Origin: an uncultured Mycoplasmatota bacterium
Lineage (GTDB): Bacteria; Bacillota_I; Bacilli_A; RF39; UBA660
NCBI GenBank assembly: GCA_900548695.1
Contig: URLC01000002.1
Coordinates: 197,545 to 261,544 of the forward strand
Length of the DNA stretch: 64,000 nucleotides
Direction: 5' to 3'
Position 1 is the first letter of the stretch; each line of letters begins with the position of its first letter. A program made the translations under genes and the position numbers. This document shows, piece after piece, positions 31,522 through 41,532 of the stretch. The notes under the pieces are model-generated. The model was not told the DNA's origin, did not search any database, and worked only from the letters and a program-made list of their open reading frames with translations.

Positions 31522-32190
31522 ATGAAAGAAAAAAAAGAAAGAAAGGTTCACAAAAAAAAGCTGATTAAAAAGTTAAAAATATCTGATATTAAACGTAGTG
31601 AAGGTGCACATGTTGGGCATTTACTTGCGAAGGTTAAGGCTAAAGAAGTGGAACTTACTTTTTTCTGTGTTTTGATTTGTTTAGTAATTGTTTTGGTTAG
31701 TTTATATTTAGTTTTTTCTGCAGTGCGTAAACCAAATGATTATAATGTGATGCAAGTTGGTAATTTATCTGTTACATATAATGATGTTGGAACTACTTTA
31801 GGTAATATTGTTGATTTGACTCCTGTAGAACCTATGTCAGATTTGCTTGGAAAAGAAAGTAAAGCGTATACTGTTACTGTTCATAACACATCTAAAAAAA
31901 GTCAAGAATTTCAAGTTGTATTAGTGCGAGATTTAGCTATGATTGAAGAAGATAAATGTAGTGATAAACAAGTTCCATATAGGTATTTTCATTATCAAAT
32001 TGGAAAGGGACAAGTAAAAAAAATTCACTTAGAAGATGTTTCTCCTATATTATTGCAATCTGTTTTGAAACCAAACGAAAAGAAGACATATCAAGTTAGA
32101 ATTTGGATTAATAATCAGTTGCCTTTAGAGTATTTAGATTATCATTATCATGGAAAACTCACTATAAAAAATATAAAGACAGTTAATTAG
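31522..32190 (+). CDS. hypothetical membrane-anchored protein (222 aa)
   Basis: Lys-rich N-terminus and one TM helix. Confidence 0.45.
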   Translation: MKEKKERKVHKKKLIKKLKISDIKRSEGAHVGHLLAKVKAKEVELTFFCVLICLVIVLVSLYLVFSAVRKPNDYNVMQVGNLSVTYNDVGTTLGNIVDLTPVEPMSDLLGKESKAYTVTVHNTSKKSQEFQVVLVRDLAMIEEDKCSDKQVPYRYFHYQIGKGQVKKIHLEDVSPILLQSVLKPNEKKTYQVRIWINNQLPLEYLDYHYHGKLTIKNIKTVN

Positions 32191-32964
32191 TTAGCTGTCT
32201 TTTTCATCTAATAAAAATTTTTCTATAATATTGATTGTTAGGTTAGAATATTCTAAGTAAGAGTAGTGAGTAGATTTAGGATAAACTATTAAAGCAGAGT
32301 TTTTTATTTTTTTATGCATTAATATACCATCTTTTAAAGGAGTATCTTGATCATGTTCACCCCAGATTAGTAATGTTTCTGAGTCAATGTAGGGAAGGTA
32401 ATATTTTAAGTCTTCATTGATTACATTTTTGAAGGTTTGCTGCATATTGGGAGAAAGTGCTTTATAGTCGTTGGAGGCAAATATTTTTTGTAATTTTTTA
32501 TGATATTTTTCTTTTAATTTTTTGGGTAATATTTTTTTTATTTGTTTTAAAATTTTATAAAGTTTTTCTTTTAACCATATTTTTAATTTTTTATGTCTTT
32601 TTATACCGGCACTATCAATTAATATCATTTTATCTATTTTTTCTTTATAGTAACCGGTTAAAAGAGTCGCTATTCTGCCACCAAAAGAGTGTGCGATTAT
32701 TATAGGATTTCTAATGTTTTTTTCTGATAGAAAATCTCTAATTATATTAGTGTAGTCGTAAATTGTTAAATTTTGATTTGGAAATGGGCTATTACCAAAT
32801 CCTGGATAGTCAATAATATAAATAGTGAAGTTATTTTTTAAACTTTCTATGATAGATTTAAATGTTTTTCTAGTATCTCCCCAACCTGGTAGTATGATGA
32901 TTGTTTTTTCGTTTTGACCATATTTTTCATAGTAGATAGAAAAGTCATCTTTATTATAGTACAT
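32191..32964 (-). CDS. alpha/beta hydrolase
   Basis: Nucleophile elbow IIAHSFGGRIA and a later HD pair. Confidence 0.65.
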   Translation of the reverse strand: MYYNKDDFSIYYEKYGQNEKTIIILPGWGDTRKTFKSIIESLKNNFTIYIIDYPGFGNSPFPNQNLTIYDYTNIIRDFLSEKNIRNPIIIAHSFGGRIATLLTGYYKEKIDKMILIDSAGIKRHKKLKIWLKEKLYKILKQIKKILPKKLKEKYHKKLQKIFASNDYKALSPNMQQTFKNVINEDLKYYLPYIDSETLLIWGEHDQDTPLKDGILMHKKIKNSALIVYPKSTHYSYLEYSNLTINIIEKFLLDEKDS

Positions 32965-33015
32965 ATATCATCACCTGATATAGTTTATTCATATTGTCTA
33001 ATTGTGTTAAAAGGC

Positions 33016-33046
33016 TTGTATATTATTTTTTAGATGTGATATAATA
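33016..33046 (+). promoter_or_regulatory. sigma-A-type promoter with extended -10
   Basis: TTGTAT, 18 nt, TGaTATAAT. Confidence 0.5.
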
Positions 33047-33052
33047 TAAGTG

Positions 33053-33240
33053 TCAAGGAAATGCGAGATCTGTTCTCATATAAAACCGACTAAAGTGACG
33101 ATAAGGGAGTTTTGATCAGTTATTGGTGTTGAAGACCTATTGTTATAGGGATCCTAAAGATAACGTATGAACACCCACCTGTGGAAATGCAGGTTTTATC
33201 GTTGGGCAGAACGCTTTCCTTGATCTTTTTTTTGTTTGCA
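33053..33240 (+). ncRNA. ssrS: candidate 6S RNA (SsrS-like)
   Basis: About 185 nt between promoter and T-run. The 5' tcaaggaaatgcg pairs with 3' cgctttccttga; ctgttc pairs with gggcag; ataaaacc pairs with ggttttat. These are separated by internal loops. A small hairpin acctg-tggaaatg-caggt lies on the 3' side. Sits upstream of tcdA. Confidence 0.5.
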
Positions 33241-33275
33241 TAAAAAGATGTTTTATGATATAATAACCGCACGGG

Positions 33276-34142
33276 GTGATGGGTATGTTAGTGTTGCCAA
33301 TTGTTAATCGTAATCGTGTTATGAATGTTAAAGTTAGTTTAAAGGATGCATATCAAACTCATACTGGAGTCATCTTAGAAAACGTTAAAGAAAGTGATGT
33401 TATTGTAAATCAGCATAATTTTTTAGACTCTAATTATCGAGATGATGAGAGTGTTATTCATTTTATTAGAAATACGTCTTTGATTAGTAAGAATGATTTT
33501 CAAGTTACAACAAGAGAAGGAGCAGAGTCAAACCGGTATAATGTTTATCAGGTTGGACATCCTCCACGATTTGTTAATCCGGCACTTGATAATTTGTATG
33601 CTAGTGTTATTACTGACATGAGAAAAGAAATACCTAATGTAAAAAAAGGACGTTATTTGTCTTTTGAAAAATTAGGCATGGGACAATATTTGACAGAAGA
33701 AAAAATTGCAGCACTTCAACATATTATCAAAACAGAACATGATAGAGGTAGATGGCCAATGTTATTTGAACAAGCTGGTATTGCTGATTTACCTAGTACT
33801 TTAGAATTTTTAAATCATTTTAATTGTACTATTATTAGTGATACTACTTTACCAGAAGCTACTTTACAATCTACTTTGCAGGCTTTAGAGCCTTTAAATA
33901 CTCAGGATTATCGTAATTTGAAAAAGTATTATGATATGGCATTATCTAATCAAAAAATTTATTCTAGATTATCTTTAGTTAATCATTTACTTTATAATCA
34001 ACCATATCATTTAATTACAACATCATCAGCAGAAAAGAACCAGAGAAATGGTCAACATGAGGATTTTCTTCAGGCTAAACAAAAAGTAAAATCACCAAAG
34101 GAAGTTTATTCAGAGGTAGGAGAATATGGTAAAACAGCATAG
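33276..34142 (+). CDS. hypothetical protein (288 aa)
   Basis: ORF; overlaps the tcdA start by 17 nt. Confidence 0.45.
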   Translation: MMGMLVLPIVNRNRVMNVKVSLKDAYQTHTGVILENVKESDVIVNQHNFLDSNYRDDESVIHFIRNTSLISKNDFQVTTREGAESNRYNVYQVGHPPRFVNPALDNLYASVITDMRKEIPNVKKGRYLSFEKLGMGQYLTEEKIAALQHIIKTEHDRGRWPMLFEQAGIADLPSTLEFLNHFNCTIISDTTLPEATLQSTLQALEPLNTQDYRNLKKYYDMALSNQKIYSRLSLVNHLLYNQPYHLITTSSAEKNQRNGQHEDFLQAKQKVKSPKEVYSEVGEYGKTA

Positions 34143-34821
34143 TTTTTCTAGATTAGAAGCACTAGTAGGGGTAGATTTTGTTAATTATCTACATGATAGG
34201 TCTATTTTTGTTTTAGGTGTTGGTGGTGTAGGCGGATATGTTTGCGAAGCTTTAGCTCGTAGTGGTATTGGAAAAATTATTTTGATGGATCCTGATTTAG
34301 TTGATGTTACCAATTTGAATAGACAAATTATTGCGTTAAATTCTACTATTGGGATGAAGAAAGTTCAAGTGATGAAAGACAGAATTTTGGACATTAATCC
34401 GAGGTGTGAAGTTGTTACTTTTGATACTTTTTTGACAAAAGATAATATCTCTATTTTAGATGAGATGTCATTTGATTTTTTAGTAGATGCTTGTGACACT
34501 GTTTCTACAAAACAAAGTATTATTCAGTATTGTTTAGAAAAACACCTTCCATTTATTACTTGTTTAGGTACAGCTAAAAAAATGAATCCTAGTCTATTAG
34601 AAATTACAGAACTAAAAAAGACCTATAATGATCCATTAGCTAGAATTTTAAGAAAGTATGTAAGGGATAATCAGTTAAAAGGTTCTATTCCAGTTTTATT
34701 TTCTAGTGAGTTACCTATTCAGTGTCAAGGGCTTGGTTCAACGGCTTTTGTTCCTAGCAGTGCTGGGCTTATGATTGGAAGTTATATAATACAAAAATTT
34801 TTAGACCAAAAAAAAGGATAG
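34126..34821 (+). CDS. tcdA: tRNA threonylcarbamoyladenosine dehydratase (ThiF/MoeB family, YrvM-like)
   Basis: VLGVGGVGGYVCEALARSGIGKIILMDPD.VDVTNLNRQ Rossmann motif of E1-like enzymes. Confidence 0.75.
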   Translation: MVKQHSFSRLEALVGVDFVNYLHDRSIFVLGVGGVGGYVCEALARSGIGKIILMDPDLVDVTNLNRQIIALNSTIGMKKVQVMKDRILDINPRCEVVTFDTFLTKDNISILDEMSFDFLVDACDTVSTKQSIIQYCLEKHLPFITCLGTAKKMNPSLLEITELKKTYNDPLARILRKYVRDNQLKGSIPVLFSSELPIQCQGLGSTAFVPSSAGLMIGSYIIQKFLDQKKG

Positions 34822-34840
34822 CTATGCTATCTTTTTTTTA
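34809..34840. terminator. bidirectional terminator between tcdA and lexA
   Basis: aaaaaaaa-gatagc-tat-gctatc-tttttttt. Confidence 0.6.
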
Positions 34841-35455
34841 GAACTTTCTATATAAGCCGATTGCTTTTCCTAGTATTGTAACATTTTTCAGGATGATTGG
34901 ATCCATGGTATCATTTTCTGGTTGTAATCTAAAATATCCATTTTCTTTGTAAAAAGTTTTAACAGTTACTTCATTGTCGTCATTCATAGCTACTACTGTG
35001 TCTCCATTATTAGCTGTGTTTTTGCGCTCTACAATTAAGATATCTCCGTCGTAGATACCTACATTTATCATGGATTCACCACTGACTTTTAAGGTGAATA
35101 TTTCATTTCTAGTTGTGAATAAATTAGTTGGTAAGGCAAAGTATTCATCTGGAGTTTCAATGGCTTCAATTGGACTACCAGCGGTTACTTTTCCCAGTAA
35201 GGGTACTTCAACAATGTTTTCATCTTTTTCTAGATATTCATTAGGAACTAGTACCTCGATTGTTCTATTTTTACCATTGCCTTTTTGAATGTAGCCTTTT
35301 TCTTCTAGTTTTGTTAAATGAAAATGAATGGTTGCAGGGGAGTTTAGATGGGCTTCCACTCCAATTTCTCTAACTGTTGGAGGGTAACCATATTTTGCAA
35401 TCCATTTTTTAATAATTTGTAGAATTATTTCTTGCTTAGTAGTTAGTTTTTCCAT
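34838..35455 (-). CDS. lexA: LexA repressor
   Basis: N-terminal winged HTH (GYPPTVREIG); C-terminal S24 peptidase with AG cleavage site, Ser (VSGESM) and Lys. Confidence 0.9.
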   Translation of the reverse strand: MEKLTTKQEIILQIIKKWIAKYGYPPTVREIGVEAHLNSPATIHFHLTKLEEKGYIQKGNGKNRTIEVLVPNEYLEKDENIVEVPLLGKVTAGSPIEAIETPDEYFALPTNLFTTRNEIFTLKVSGESMINVGIYDGDILIVERKNTANNGDTVVAMNDDNEVTVKTFYKENGYFRLQPENDTMDPIILKNVTILGKAIGLYRKF

Positions 35456-35502
35456 TGTCTACCTCCTTTTATACAAGTTTAACACTAGGTATGTAAAATG
35501 TC

Positions 35503-35553
35503 AAACAAATGTTTTAAAAATCTGTTGACACGAACAATCGTACGATATATAAT
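35503..35553. promoter_or_regulatory. divergent SOS-regulated promoter region with LexA-box-like sites
   Basis: CGAACaatcGTACg at 35531-35544 fills the 17-nt spacer between TTGACA (35525-30) and TATAAT (35548-53) of the + strand promoter. AAACaaatGTTT at 35503-35514 overlaps the putative lexA promoter on the - strand. Confidence 0.55.
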
Positions 35554-35580
35554 TGAGGTGTAATGAAGGGAGAGATGTGT

Positions 35581-35745
35581 ATGAAAATTAAAAAAATGGT
35601 AAAAGAGGGGTTCTGGTTATTTCTTCTTTATTCTTTTGTGACTTTATGTTTGTTTTTAGCAACTGATAGAATTGAACGTTTAGAACAAGTAGAGGGGGAT
35701 TTTCGTAATACGAATAGTAGTGTTTCCTTTAATTTTACTAAGTAA
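35581..35745 (+). CDS. small single-TM protein divergent from lexA; candidate SOS cell-division inhibitor (YneA/SosA-like role)
   Basis: 54 aa from the ATG at 35581 (RBS AAGGGAGAG). Helix FWLFLLYSFVTLCLFLA. Promoter contains a LexA-box-like site. Confidence 0.45.
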   Translation: MKIKKMVKEGFWLFLLYSFVTLCLFLATDRIERLEQVEGDFRNTNSSVSFNFTK

Positions 35746-35784
35746 AGTGTAAAGATTTATGTTATACTACTGTTAGGTGATGTT

Positions 35785-38388
35785 ATGAATAAAATAATCT
35801 TGGTAGATGGTAATAATCTATTGTTTCGTAGTTTTTATGCGACCGCTTATCAAGGAGTAATTATGAAAAACTCGAAAGGTTTTCCTACTAATGCATTATA
35901 TGGATTTATTAATATGATGAATAAGATTATTCAGGATGAAAATCCTAGCTATATTATGGTTGCTTTTGATAAAGGGAAAACTTTTCGACACGATAAATAT
36001 GGTGATTATAAAGCAGGACGTAGTGAGATGCCTGATGAGTTACGTTTACAATTTCCTAAAGCTAAAGAAGTCTTAGAAGCTATGGGAATTAAATATTTTG
36101 AGATTGATAATTATGAGGCTGATGATATTATTGGTACTTTGGCCAAAGAAGTTGAAATGCGTGATGATTATATAGCTACTATTGTTAGTAGTGATAAAGA
36201 TTTGTTGCAGTTGATTAGTGATAAGGTAGATGTAAAACTTTTAAAACAGAGTGGTCATATAATGATGACTAAAGAAGAATTTATTAAGACATATCAAGTT
36301 CCACCAATTAGAATGATTGATTTGAAAGCATTAATGGGCGATAGTAGTGATCATATTCCTGGTGTTAAAGGAATTGGTGAAAAAACAGCAATTAATTTAC
36401 TTTCTAAATTTGATAGTTTAGATAATTTATATGCACATATTGATGAGGTTACTGGTAAAACAAAAGAGAAGTTAGAAAATGATAAAGAAAATGCTTATAT
36501 GAGTTATGATTTGGCTACTATTTATAGAGATGTTTTACTTGATTTTAGTTTAGATGATTGTCGATATACTAAAGAAAATACGAAACGTTTTACAGAACTA
36601 TTACAAGAGTTTGAATTTCATTCTTTAATAAAAAAATATCATTTGGATCAAGATATACCAGTAGAAGTTAGGAAAGAAGATATGATTCATATTTTGCCTA
36701 TTGATCAGTTGGTTGCTAATAGTTTTTCATTTTATGTAGAAACTAGAGGTAGTGTCTATAGTAAGAGTGAGGTTTTGGGAATAGGTATTTATGATGGTAT
36801 TTCAGGCTACTTTATTTCTGCTTCAGAGTTAGAAAAATATAAAGATTTATTTTCTAGTAATAGTTTTAAATATACTTATGATTTAAAGAAAAATATAGTT
36901 GTATTAAATTCTTTAGGAATTTCTATTTCTAATGTGACTTTTGATACTATGATAGCAGCTTATTTATTAGATTATGTTGTTAAAGATGATATTAGTTTTG
37001 TTGCTCAAGCTTTTTCTGTTTCCATTCCTTTATATGATGATTTATATGGAACAGAAAAACGTCCTAAAGAAGTTAATTTAGAAACATTACAGGAGGTTTG
37101 TTGTCGTAAAGCTAAGTTTATTTATGATACTCGTAATCAATTATTAGAAGAGTTACAAAAAAATAATGAATTAGATTTATTTCAAAAGATAGAGATGCCA
37201 TTATCTTTAGTACTTGCTGATATGGAACTTACTGGTATTAAAGTAGATGTTTCATATTTAGAGAAAGTTGAAGAAGATTTAGCTGGTCAGATGGCTATTT
37301 TAGAAAAAGAAATTTATGATTTGGCAGGAGTAGAGTTTAATATTATGTCGCCAGCGCAGCTTTCAAAAATTTTATTTGAACATTTAGAAATTCCGTATCC
37401 TAAAAGAGTAAAAGATGGAAAATATTCTACTAGTAAAGATATCTTGGATAAGATTCGTTTTGTTCATCCAATTGTTGATAAAATATTAGAGTATAGAACT
37501 TTGGCTAAACTATATACTAACTATGCAGTTGGTCTTAAAGCAGAAGTGCGTGAAGATGGTAGAATCCATACTATTTTTACTCAGACTTTAACTAGAACAG
37601 GCAGACTTTCTAGCATTAGTCCTAATCTACAAAATATACCAGCTAGGGCAGAATTTTCTAGATTAATTCGTAAAGCCTTTGTTCCTGATGTTAATTCTAA
37701 GCTTTTATCTAGTGATTATTCACAAGTAGAACTTCGTATTTTTGCTCATATGTCTAAAGCTTTAAATTTAATTCAAGCTTTTAAAGAGGGTAAAGATATT
37801 CATACTAAGACAGCTTCTGATATTTTTCATGTTCCAATGGATGAAGTTACTAAGGATATGCGCCGCACAGCCAAGGCTGTTAATTTTGGTATTTTATATG
37901 GAATTAGTAGTTTTGGACTTAGCGAGGATTTAGGGATTGATATTAGTACAGCTAAAAAATTTATTGATAATTATTTGGAAACTTATCCTGGTATTTCAGA
38001 ATACATGGAAGAAGAAAAAAAGAAGGCTTATGAACTTGGTTATGTTACGACACTGATGAATCGACGACGAGTTATTGAAGAGTTAAAAAATAAGAACTAT
38101 ATGATTCGTAGTAGTGGAGAGAGAATGGCGTTAAATACACCAATTCAAGGTACTGCTGCTGATATATTAAAAAAAGCAATGGTTGAGATTTACGATGAGT
38201 TTAAACGTCGTGGTTTAAAGAGTAAAATGTTAATTCAAGTACACGATGAGTTGGTGTTTAATGTTTTAGATTCAGAATTGGAAGAAGTTAGTCAAATCGT
38301 TAGAAATATTATGGAAAGTACAATAAAACTTAGTGTGCCTTTGAAAGTTGATATTGAATATGGGAATAATTGGTACGAAGCAAAGTAG
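35785..38388 (+). CDS. polA: DNA polymerase I
   Basis: 5'-3' exonuclease, 3'-5' exo-like and polymerase domains (RRTAKAVNFGILYG, VHDELVF). 867 aa. Confidence 0.9.
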   Translation: MNKIILVDGNNLLFRSFYATAYQGVIMKNSKGFPTNALYGFINMMNKIIQDENPSYIMVAFDKGKTFRHDKYGDYKAGRSEMPDELRLQFPKAKEVLEAMGIKYFEIDNYEADDIIGTLAKEVEMRDDYIATIVSSDKDLLQLISDKVDVKLLKQSGHIMMTKEEFIKTYQVPPIRMIDLKALMGDSSDHIPGVKGIGEKTAINLLSKFDSLDNLYAHIDEVTGKTKEKLENDKENAYMSYDLATIYRDVLLDFSLDDCRYTKENTKRFTELLQEFEFHSLIKKYHLDQDIPVEVRKEDMIHILPIDQLVANSFSFYVETRGSVYSKSEVLGIGIYDGISGYFISASELEKYKDLFSSNSFKYTYDLKKNIVVLNSLGISISNVTFDTMIAAYLLDYVVKDDISFVAQAFSVSIPLYDDLYGTEKRPKEVNLETLQEVCCRKAKFIYDTRNQLLEELQKNNELDLFQKIEMPLSLVLADMELTGIKVDVSYLEKVEEDLAGQMAILEKEIYDLAGVEFNIMSPAQLSKILFEHLEIPYPKRVKDGKYSTSKDILDKIRFVHPIVDKILEYRTLAKLYTNYAVGLKAEVREDGRIHTIFTQTLTRTGRLSSISPNLQNIPARAEFSRLIRKAFVPDVNSKLLSSDYSQVELRIFAHMSKALNLIQAFKEGKDIHTKTASDIFHVPMDEVTKDMRRTAKAVNFGILYGISSFGLSEDLGIDISTAKKFIDNYLETYPGISEYMEEEKKKAYELGYVTTLMNRRRVIEELKNKNYMIRSSGERMALNTPIQGTAADILKKAMVEIYDEFKRRGLKSKMLIQVHDELVFNVLDSELEEVSQIVRNIMESTIKLSVPLKVDIEYGNNWYEAK

Positions 38389-38402
38389 AAAGTAGGTGTT
38401 TT

Positions 38403-39221
38403 ATGCCAGAAAAACCAGAGGTAATTACAGTTGCTAAGAAGTTAGAGAGGCAAGTAATAGGGAAAACTATTACAGATACGATTATTTATTGGGATAATAT
38501 TATTGCATATCCCGATGTTTCATCTTTTCAAAAAGAAATAGTTGGACAGAAAATACTATCTATTACTACTAGAGGTAAATGGTTAGTGTTTGAACTTAGT
38601 AGGGATTTATTATTAGTTCATCTAAGAATGGAAGGCAAGTTTTTCTTTAGAGATAAAAAGGATGCTAGAAATAAACATGAACATGTTTTTTTCACTTTAG
38701 ATGATAAAGTTAGTTTTCGATTTCATGATGTTAGAAAATTTGGAAAGATGTATTTACTTCCTAAAGATAAAGCATATTCTATGAAGCCACTTTCGGAATT
38801 GGGGTTAGAATATAATGATGAACTTTTAACTGCTGATTATTTATATCAAAAGATACATAGTAAGAATTTACCTATTAAGACAGTTTTATTAGATCAAAGG
38901 ATTATTACAGGAATTGGAAATATTTATGATGATGAAATTTTGTTTTTTAGTCATATTTCACCTCTTAGGAAAGCTAAGGATATTACTTTGGATGAGTGTG
39001 GTTTCATTATTGAAAATACTAGAGAAGTTTTAGATGAAGCTATTACTATGGGTGGGACTACAATTAAAAGTTTTACTTCCAGTGAAGGGGTTCATGGCCT
39101 TTTTCAAAATAAGTTGGCTATTCATGGAAAAAAGGGAAACTGTCCCGTTTGTGGCACTGCTACTTTAAAAATTAAAGTAGGAGGAAGAGGAACATATTAT
39201 TGTCCCAATTGTCAAAAGTAG
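38403..39221 (+). CDS. mutM: formamidopyrimidine-DNA glycosylase
   Basis: Starts MPEKPEV (catalytic Pro2/Glu3). H2TH region and C-terminal zinc finger CPVCGT...CPNCQ. Confidence 0.85.
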   Translation: MPEKPEVITVAKKLERQVIGKTITDTIIYWDNIIAYPDVSSFQKEIVGQKILSITTRGKWLVFELSRDLLLVHLRMEGKFFFRDKKDARNKHEHVFFTLDDKVSFRFHDVRKFGKMYLLPKDKAYSMKPLSELGLEYNDELLTADYLYQKIHSKNLPIKTVLLDQRIITGIGNIYDDEILFFSHISPLRKAKDITLDECGFIIENTREVLDEAITMGGTTIKSFTSSEGVHGLFQNKLAIHGKKGNCPVCGTATLKIKVGGRGTYYCPNCQK

Positions 39222-39333
39222 CATAGCTAATGCGCTTTTTTTCTTGGTAAATATTCAAAAAAGTTTAAAAAATTGCTATACAAATAGATTGTTTTGTTGT
39301 ATAATTATATCTGTTTGAAAAGGAGTAGTGAAT

Positions 39334-40749
39334 ATGAAAAAGACAAAAATTATTTGTAGTATCGGACCTTCTTCTAATCAACCAGATGTTATGGAACAAA
39401 TGGTTTTAGCTGGAATGAACGTTGCTAGAATTAACTTTACACATGCAACAATAGAAGAAAGAGATCAAGCTATTGCATCTGTTCGTGAAGTTAGAAAACG
39501 TACTGGAAAGAATGTAGCAATTTTATGGGATACTAAGGGACCTGAATTTCGTAGTGGAATGCTTGAAAATGATTCTATTGAATTAGTTCCTGGTAATACT
39601 ATTCGTCTTGTTAAGGAAAATGTTTTAGGAAATCAAGAAAGATTTACTGTTAACCATCCTGAAGCTTTAGATAGTTTAAGTGTTGGTGATGTAATTTTAC
39701 TTGAAAATGCTAAGATGAAACTTGAAGTTATTAGTGTAGAAGATGATGGAGTTACATGTAAGATTGTTAATGGAGGAGTACTTGGTAATCGTAAGAGTAT
39801 GAGTGTGCCTGGTATTAAATTAAATATTCCTTATGTCAGTGATTTAGATCGTGCTGATTTAGAATATGCATGTCTTCACGGTGGAGAATATTTAGCTATT
39901 TCTTTTGTTTCTTCAAAAGAAGATGTATTAGAAATTAAGGAAATTTTAAAGCAATATAATCGTCTTGATTTACAAATTATCTGTAAGATTGAAAGTGATT
40001 TAGGAATTCAAAATTTAGAAGAAATTTTAGAAGTATCTGATGGAGTTATGGTAGCTCGTGGAGATTTAGGTACTGAAATTCCTAGTGAAAGATTACCTAT
40101 TGTTCAAAAAGATATGATTAAAGTATGCCGTCGTATGGGTAAGATTTGTGTTGTTGCAACGGAAATGCTTGAAACTATGATGGAAAATGCTCGTCCAAAG
40201 AGAGCAGAAACTAGTGATATTGCTAATGCTGTTTTAGATGGTACTGATGCAGTTATGTTAAGTGGTGAAACTACTATTGGCAAACATCCAGTTGAAACAG
40301 TTGCTGCTATGGCTAAGATTTGTGAAGTAACTGAACAATATGCTCATTTTGATTACATTTCTGGTGTTAAGAGTGTTAATGATGTTCAAACTGCTATTGC
40401 AGAAAGTGTTGTTTCTAGTGCTAATCGTTTAGATGCTAAGTTAATTTGTGCTGCAACTATTAGTGGTAAAACTGCTAAAATGATTAGTAATTTAAAACCA
40501 AGAGCTCTTATTGCTGGACTTTGTCCAGATGAAAAGAGTGGACGTCGTTTAGCATTAAATTGGGGTGTATATCCAATTGTTATGCCTATTTGTAACTCTA
40601 CTGATGAAGTTTTGACTGAAAGTATTGTTAGAGCTAAACAATTTATGGATTTGGAAAAAGGTGACATTGTAGTTACTACTGGAAGTTTTCCTAATACTGG
40701 AGAATCTAGACCAACTAATTTAATGAAAATCGAAGAAATCGAAGGTTAA
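39334..40749 (+). CDS. pyk: pyruvate kinase
   Basis: KIICSIGPSS, MVARGDLG, TIGKHP. No PEP-utilizer extension. Confidence 0.9.
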   Translation: MKKTKIICSIGPSSNQPDVMEQMVLAGMNVARINFTHATIEERDQAIASVREVRKRTGKNVAILWDTKGPEFRSGMLENDSIELVPGNTIRLVKENVLGNQERFTVNHPEALDSLSVGDVILLENAKMKLEVISVEDDGVTCKIVNGGVLGNRKSMSVPGIKLNIPYVSDLDRADLEYACLHGGEYLAISFVSSKEDVLEIKEILKQYNRLDLQIICKIESDLGIQNLEEILEVSDGVMVARGDLGTEIPSERLPIVQKDMIKVCRRMGKICVVATEMLETMMENARPKRAETSDIANAVLDGTDAVMLSGETTIGKHPVETVAAMAKICEVTEQYAHFDYISGVKSVNDVQTAIAESVVSSANRLDAKLICAATISGKTAKMISNLKPRALIAGLCPDEKSGRRLALNWGVYPIVMPICNSTDEVLTESIVRAKQFMDLEKGDIVVTTGSFPNTGESRPTNLMKIEEIEG

Positions 40750-40751
40750 AT

Positions 40752-40780
40752 CAGCACTCTTATGCTGATTTTTTCTTGTT
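40752..40780 (+). terminator. rho-independent terminator after pyk
   Basis: aatcagc-actcttat-gctgatt followed by ttttc. Confidence 0.6.
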
Positions 40781-40831
40781 GTTATTTTGAAATTATGGTA
40801 TTCTAGTTTTAAGATATTTTGAGGTGCCTTT

Positions 40832-41524
40832 ATGAAATATATTAAGAAGTTTAAGATAATTTTGAAAAAGCCTATATTGCTTTGCATTATTCTTTCTTTT
40901 ATTTGTTTTTTATTTTTTATTTTTCGTGATAGTGAAGCAGATTATACCCATTTAAAAAAAGATTATAACCAGGAATATATTATTCTTGCTGCATCTATTC
41001 CTCAATTTAATTTAGCTTCTTTTGAAATAGATGATTTAAATAAAAAAATAGAAGAGGATTTTTTGTTTTATCGTAATCAAATTGGTGTCACTTATGATAT
41101 TAAAAGTTATTTGTCATCCTCTATTTTATCTTTAGTTGTTTCTTTTACTTATACAGAAGAGGGGAATACTCTTTATGAAACTACTAAATATTGTACTTAT
41201 AATTATGATTTAGAAAATCAGGCTGTTTTTTCTAATCAAGATTTATTAGATTTGTATGATCTAACTTCTAAACAAGTAAGTATGTTTTTGGAACAGAAGT
41301 TTAAAAATTTTTATTATAATCAACTTTCTGAACATCAAATAGATTCTTCTAGTAGTTATTCTTATTTTTTACAAAGTAAAGGTATTAATGATTATATAGA
41401 TGAAGTTTCTTTTTCTGTTGAAAATGGTAGCCTTATTTGTTATAGACCATTTTATATTACTCCTGTAAATGATGATTATAAAAATTTTACTATTGAAGAT
41501 TTTAGATTTGTGGTAGTTAAGTAG
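40832..41524 (+). CDS. hypothetical membrane-anchored extracytoplasmic protein (230 aa)
   Basis: N-terminal TM then a soluble domain. Confidence 0.45.
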   Translation: MKYIKKFKIILKKPILLCIILSFICFLFFIFRDSEADYTHLKKDYNQEYIILAASIPQFNLASFEIDDLNKKIEEDFLFYRNQIGVTYDIKSYLSSSILSLVVSFTYTEEGNTLYETTKYCTYNYDLENQAVFSNQDLLDLYDLTSKQVSMFLEQKFKNFYYNQLSEHQIDSSSSYSYFLQSKGINDYIDEVSFSVENGSLICYRPFYITPVNDDYKNFTIEDFRFVVVK

Positions 41525-41532
41525 GTGATATT

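Noticed and set aside
31177-32705. ORFs 31177-31428 (-) and 32457-32705 (+)
   Set aside because: Antisense to aspS and to the alpha/beta hydrolase gene.
33040-33260. Third T-box or other riboswitch upstream of ORF 33276
   Set aside because: No GGTGGnACC T-box sequence or other riboswitch core motif seen. The helix pairing the two ends fits 6S RNA better.
35070-35288. Plus-strand ORF 35070-35288
   Set aside because: Antisense to lexA.
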